Shown here: in pieces, positions 28,201 to 31,782 of the stretch
Numbering within the stretch: the first letter of the stretch is position 1
Layout of the letters: the number at the start of each line of letters is the position of its first letter
IMG/VR virus record: IMGVR_UViG_3300005662_007671
Coordinates: 1 to 31,782 of that record
Direction: 5' to 3' (one strand)
Length of the DNA: 31,782 nt
Source of the DNA: a virus
Lineage: Duplodnaviria; Caudoviricetes
The notes under the pieces: generated by a model
Seen by the model: the letters and a program-made list of their open reading frames with translations, nothing else
Told to the model about the DNA's origin: nothing
Database searches by the model: none
Made by a program: the position numbers and the translations under genes

Positions 28201-31200
28201 TTGTACCAGAAGTTGCTGAAGAACCACTTAAAGCTGATGTACCAGATGTTCCTGAAGATGCTGATGAACCAGAAGAACCACTTGTCCCTGAAGATGCTGA
28301 TGAACCAGCTGAACCGCTAAATCCAGATGTACCTGAAGAACCATCACTTCCAGATGAACCTGAAGATGCCGAAGAACCCGCTGATCCACTTATACCACTT
28401 GTTCCTGAAGACCCATCAGAACCACTTGATCCTGAAGATGCTGATGAACCAGATGAACCATCCGATCCACTTAACCCACTTGTACCAGCTGTACCGTCAA
28501 CACCAGAGAAACCTGAAGTTCCTGATGAACCTGACACCCCTGATACACCGTTAACACCATCTAAACCTGAAGAACCTGATGAACCATCAGATCCTGAAGA
28601 ACCACTTTCCCCGCTAAATCCAGCTGTACCTGAAGAACCATCTGATCCAGAAGATCCTGAAGATGCTGATGAACCAGCTGAACCGCTAAATCCAGATGTA
28701 CCTGAAGAACCATCACTTCCAGATGAACCTGAAGATGCTGATGAACCAGACTCGCCTGAAACACCAGACGTACCTGAAGAACCGTCTGATCCCGAAGAAC
28801 CAGAACTTGCCGATGTACCACTTATACCTGAAGAACCAGATGTTCCTGAAGACCCATCAGAACCACTTGATCCTGAAGAACCAGATTCACCGCTTATACC
28901 ATCACTACCAGAAGATCCTGAAGAAGCTGAAGAACCGCTTGAACCAGATTCACCGCTTATACCACTCGTTCCTGAAGAACCATCGCTACCACTTGATCCT
29001 GAAGATCCACTTGATGATGACAAACCAGAAGTACCATCAACACCACTTGTTCCTGAACTTCCATCGCTACCACTTGTTCCTGAAGACGCTGATGAACCAG
29101 ATGAACCACTTATACCTGAAGATCCATCACTTCCAGATGAACCAGAACTTGCTGAAGAACCAGCAGATCCGCTTTCACCACTTATACCACTTGTACCTGA
29201 ACTACCATCAGATCCAGAACTTGCTGAAGAACCTGAAGTTCCTGAACTTGCTGAAGATCCACTAAATCCAGAAGTACCTGAAGAACCATCACTACCAGAT
29301 GAACCTGAAGATGCCGAAGAACCCGCTGATCCACTTATACCTGAAGATCCATCACTTCCAGATGAACCAGAACTTGCTGAAGAACCAGATTCGCCAGAAA
29401 TACCACTTGTACCTGAACTACCATCAGATCCACTTGATCCTGAAGAGCCGCTATTACCACTTGTACCAGCCGTACCATCAACACCAGAGAAACCTGAAGT
29501 TCCTGAAGATCCCGATACACCACTGACACCGTTAACACCATCCAAACCGCTTGATCCAGAAGAACCGTCAGAACCACTTGATCCTGAGAAACCAGAGATA
29601 CCTGAAGATCCATCTGATCCTGAAGATCCAGAACTTGCTGAAGAACCGCTTTCGCCACTTATACCTGAAGAACCTGAAGATCCATCACTTCCAGATGAAC
29701 CTGAAGATGCTGAAGAACCAGATTCACCAGAGACACCACTTGTACCTGAACTACCGTCAGAACCAGAACTTGCTGAAGAACCAGATGTTCCTGATGAAGC
29801 GGATGTACCACTAAATCCTGAAGTTCCTGAAGAACCATCAGAACCAGAAGAAGCTGATGAACCAGAAGACCCACTCTCACCTGAAGAACCTGAAGAACCA
29901 TCACTTCCAGATGAACCAGATTCACCAGAGAAACCACTTGTTCCTGAAGAACCATCTGATCCAGAAGATCCTGAAGATGCTGATGAACCAGCTGAACCGC
30001 TAAATCCACTTGTTCCTGAAGAACCATCTGACCCAGAAGACCCACTTAAACCTGAAGATCCGTTTGAGCCTGTTGAGCCGCTTTCAGCACTTGTCCCTGA
30101 AGAACCCGTAGAACCTGATTGACCAGACGTACCAGCTGAGCCAGTTGAACCACTTATACCCGATGAACCATCAGAACCACTTATACCAGAAGTTCCTGAA
30201 GATCCATCAGAACCACTTGATCCTGAAGATCCACTTAAACCACTCGTACCTGAAGAAGCATTACTACCGCTTTCACCACTCGTGCCTGAAGAACCATCTG
30301 ATCCTGAAGTACCTGAAATCCCTGAAATACCACTAGCACCATCAATACCTGATGTACCTGAAGTTCCTGAAGAACCATCACTACCTGATGATCCACTCAC
30401 GCCAGAACTTCCATCACTACCAGAAGACCCGCTTAAACCTGAAGATGCTGAACTACCAGAAGACCCGCTTATACCTGAAGTTCCTGAACTACCGTCAGAA
30501 CCAGAACTTGCTGAAGAACCAGATGTTCCTGATGAAGCGGAAGAACCACTTAACCCACTTGTTCCTGAAGAACCGTCAGACCCTGAAGAACCAGAGCTTG
30601 CTGAAGAACCCGCAGAACCACTTATACCTGAAGATCCATCACTACCAGATGAACCAGAACTTGCTGAAGAACCAGATTCACCAGAGATACCTGATGAACC
30701 TGAGGAACCGTCAGATCCAGAAGAACCACTATTACCACTTGTACCAGCTGTACCATCAACACCAGAGAAACCTGATGTACCATCAGAACCTGAAACTCCC
30801 GATACACCGTTAACACCATCCAAACCGCTTGATCCAGAAGAACCGTCAGAACCAGAAGAACCAGAAATACCTGAAATACCACTAGAACCATCACTACCAG
30901 AAGATCCTGAAGATGCTGAAGAACCCGCTGATCCACTAAATCCAGATGTACCTGAAGAACCGTCCGATCCTGCCGAGCCGCTAAATCCAGACGTACCCGA
31001 AGATCCATCACTTCCAGATGAGCCAGACTCGCCTGAAGAACCGTTTGACCCTGTTGAGCCACTTTCACCACTTGTACCTGAAGATGCTGAAGAACCACTT
31101 ATACCAGAAGTTCCTGAAGAACCATCACTACCACTTGAGCCACTTAAACCTGAACTACCATTTGAGCCAGATTCACCACTTGTACCTGAAGAACCGTCTG

Positions 31201-31782
31201 ATCCAGAAGAACCAGAACTTGCTGAAGATCCACTTTCACCACTAGAACCATCACTACCACTAGAACCACTTAAACCAGAAGAACCACTGCTTCCACCAAA
31301 ACCTGAAGAACCAGAAGACCCGTCAGAACCCGAAGATCCACTTATACCGCTAACACCGTTAGAACCAGCTTGCCCACTTGTTCCTGAAGAACCATCGCTA
31401 CCTGAAGTAGCTGAAATACCACTTATACCACTAACACCATCAATACCCGATGAACCACTCGTACCCGAAGAACCATCGCTACCAGAAGAACCTGAAACAC
31501 CAGAAGAACCATCGCTACCAGATGAACCAGAAATACCAGATGAACCGTTTGACCCAGAAGAACCACTTAAACCTGAACTTCCATCAGAACCACTTGATCC
31601 TGAAGATGCTGATGAACCAGACTCACCTGAAACACCACTTGTTCCTGAAGAACCATCGGAACCAGATGACCCAGATGAACCTGAAGAACCATCAGAACCA
31701 CTATTACCACTTGTACCAGCTGTACCGTCAACACCAGAGAAACCACTCGTTCCTGAAGATCCTGACACACCGCTAACACCGT
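25205..31782 (-). CDS. second giant Gly-Xaa-Ser repeat fibre protein (more than 2190 aa, 5' end beyond the window) with an inserted globular domain and a C-terminal beta-rich domain
   Basis: The frame is open to the window edge ([10 protein letters not shown]...), so GTG 31768 is an internal Val. Non-repeat insert at about 27755-28090; unique C-terminal ~175 aa (FVDYVIEN...RAGTL...DETSTADIGGSTSGI...FSIKLIRV). Confidence 0.85.
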   Translation of the reverse strand, partial: GVSGVSGSSGTSGFSGVDGTAGTSGNSGSDGSSGSSGSSGSDGSSGTSGVSGESGSSASSGSSGSDGSSGLSGSSGSNGSSGISGSSGSDGSSGVSGSSGSDGSSGTSGSSGIDGVSGISGISATSGSDGSSGTSGQAGSNGVSGISGSSGSDGSSGSSGFGGSSGSSGLSGSSGSDGSSGESGSSASSGSSGSDGSSGTSGESGSNGSSGLSGSSGSDGSSGTSGISGSSASSGTSGESGSTGSNGSSGESGSSGSDGSSGTSGFSGSAGSDGSSGTSGFSGSAGSSASSGSSGSDGSSGISGISGSSGSDGSSGSSGLDGVNGVSGVSGSDGTSGFSGVDGTAGTSGNSGSSGSDGSSGSSGISGESGSSASSGSSGSDGSSGISGSAGSSASSGSSGSDGSSGTSGLSGSSASSGTSGSSASSGSDGSSGTSGISGSSGSSASSGLSGSSGSDGSSGVSGSSGSDGSSGTSGTSGIDGASGISGISGTSGSDGSSGTSGESGSNASSGTSGLSGSSGSSGSDGSSGTSGISGSDGSSGISGSTGSAGTSGQSGSTGSSGTSAESGSTGSNGSSGLSGSSGSDGSSGTSGFSGSAGSSASSGSSGSDGSSGTSGFSGESGSSGSDGSSGSSGESGSSGSSASSGSDGSSGTSGFSGTSASSGTSGSSASSGSDGSSGTSGVSGESGSSASSGSSGSDGSSGSSGISGESGSSASSGSSGSDGSSGISGFSGSSGSDGSSGSSGLDGVNGVSGVSGSSGTSGFSGVDGTAGTSGNSGSSGSSGSDGSSGTSGISGESGSSASSGSSGSDGSSGISGSAGSSASSGSSGSDGSSGTSGFSGSSASSGTSGSSASSGSDGSSGTSGISGESGSAGSSASSGSSGSDGSSGISGSSGSSASSGTSGSDGSSGTSGVDGTSGLSSSSGSSGSSGSDGSSGTSGISGESGSSGSSASSGSSGSDGISGESGSSGSSGSDGSSGTSGSSGISGTSASSGSSGSDGSSGTSGVSGESGSSASSGSSGSDGSSGTSGFSGSAGSSASSGSSGSDGSSGTAGFSGESGSSGSDGSSGSSGLDGVNGVSGVSGSSGTSGFSGVDGTAGTSGLSGSDGSSGSSASSGSSGSDGSSGTSGISGSAGSSASSGSSGSDGSSGTSGFSGSAGSSASSGTSGSSGSSASSGTSGTSALSGSSATSGTSGSSGSTGTSGESGDSASSATSGSSGSSGSVGTSGISGLGCFSLEYVWSFDPDLGPNNGELISQNGSLGSFVTSIKISDTDGGNIDRDAALDALSAGSQITINGYIYTILSNSDSGSYHVFNVSFVSGPADASPAPGTPMVLEFCVSLGSGSSGTSGTSGSSGSTGTNGSSGLSGLSASSGTSGTSGSSASSGTEGSSGLSAASGSSATSGSSGSTGTSGSSGLSASSGTSGSSASSGTSGSTGTSGTSALAGSSGTSGSSGTSGSSALAGSSASSGTSGSSGSTGTNGTIGSSALSRSSGTSGSSGTSGTTGIDGVSGVNGTSGLSGTSGSTGTAGSSGGSSSSATSGSSGTSGSTGTSGSSALSGTSGSSGTSGSSGSTGSAGTAGSSNASASSGTSGSSGSTGTNGTSGASALSSSSGTSGTSGSSGSSGTEGSSGRSAASGSSATSGSSGSTGTAGTSGNSLSSGTSGSAGTSGSSATSGTSGSTGTSGTSALSGSSASSGTSGSSGSTGTNGTIGSSSLSASSGTSGSSGTTGTTGMAGDSGQSKVSGTSGSSGTSGSTGSSGTIGSSALSASSGTSGSSGSTGTAGTSGLSALSGSSGSSATSGSTGTAGTSGSSLSSGTSGSAGTSGSSATSGTSGSSALSASSGTSGSSGSTGTNGTIGSSSLSASSGTSGSSGSTGTTGLAGDSGQSKVSGTSGSSGTSGSTGSTGTAGIAGNSAASATSGTSGSSGSQGSGGTSGRSDASGSSGTSGSSGSTGTAGTIGASALSASSGTSGSSGTSGSGGTYGGSSLSGSSGTSGSSGSAGTSGISGNVGTNGTYVNVNVTAPVTGGGALSSDVTVGLDINGSTQNGVFIWDAANNRFEVLTDFTYDSTHNALGLGLYSMMLSDKATSTSSGVTPLKVIDNSPNNVLGMFVDYVIENVTSGGFRAGTLRSTHTGGNTVYDETSTADIGGSTSGIRLLTDISGTDFRLLANNGDGSSYNITFSIKLIRV
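28091..31782 (-). repeat. acidic triplet repeat with a higher-order unit of about 1-1.3 kb
   Basis: Marker CAACACCAGAGAAACC (GFSGVD) at 28498, 29479, 30757 and 31729; spacings 981, 1278 and 972 nt, all multiples of 3. Confidence 0.85.

Noticed and set aside
31766-31768. GTG start of the 2187-aa ORF in the ORF track
   Set aside because: The frame continues without a stop to the window edge inside a repeat unit, so the real start lies beyond the window.
17402-31779. Many short ORFs of the LVLQVHL (-) and QKNQMNL (+) type in the repeat region
   Set aside because: These are alternative-frame readings of the same 9-nt periodic sequence.
17431-31782. Possible CRISPR array or non-coding satellite
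   Set aside because: There is no constant repeat with unique spacers. Variation is mostly at synonymous positions, all spacings are multiples of 3, and the frames stay open for kilobases, so the repeats are protein-coding.
16980-31782. Ice-nucleation protein or bacterial serine-rich repeat adhesin
   Set aside because: The proteins lack the AGYGSTxT 16-mer, a signal peptide and an LPxTG anchor. The S74 chaperone and phage context indicate virion fibres.

Overview
A stretch of a large T4-like (myovirus-type) phage genome, AT-rich outside the repeat genes. The host is probably Bacteroidota, judging from TAnnTTTG promoters, A-rich leaders without Shine-Dalgarno sites and a DUF4494-like gene. Left third (+ strand): head module with a probable terminase 3' end, portal (gp20-like), prohead protease (gp21-like), scaffold (gp22-like) and major capsid protein (gp23-like), interleaved with an AAA ATPase and small genes. 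Middle (+ strand): a tightly coupled four-gene glycan-modification operon (multi-domain GT4/GT-A/GT25-like glycosyltransferase, GT4, NodU/CmcH O-carbamoyltransferase, and an Aah/TibC-type protein-serine heptosyltransferase with an intact iron-finger motif), then a GH73-like glucosaminidase and an M20/M28 peptidase. Right half (- strand): two giant Gly-Xaa-Ser/Thr triplet-repeat fibre proteins, one of 2718 aa ending in an S74 self-cleaving trimerisation chaperone and one of more than 2190 aa running off the window. The main hypothesis, by inference, is a phage-encoded protein O-glycosylation and carbamoylation system that decorates sub-micron, nearly proline-free, collagen-like or polyglycine-II virion fibres. 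All family assignments come from motif recognition by eye; no searches were run.
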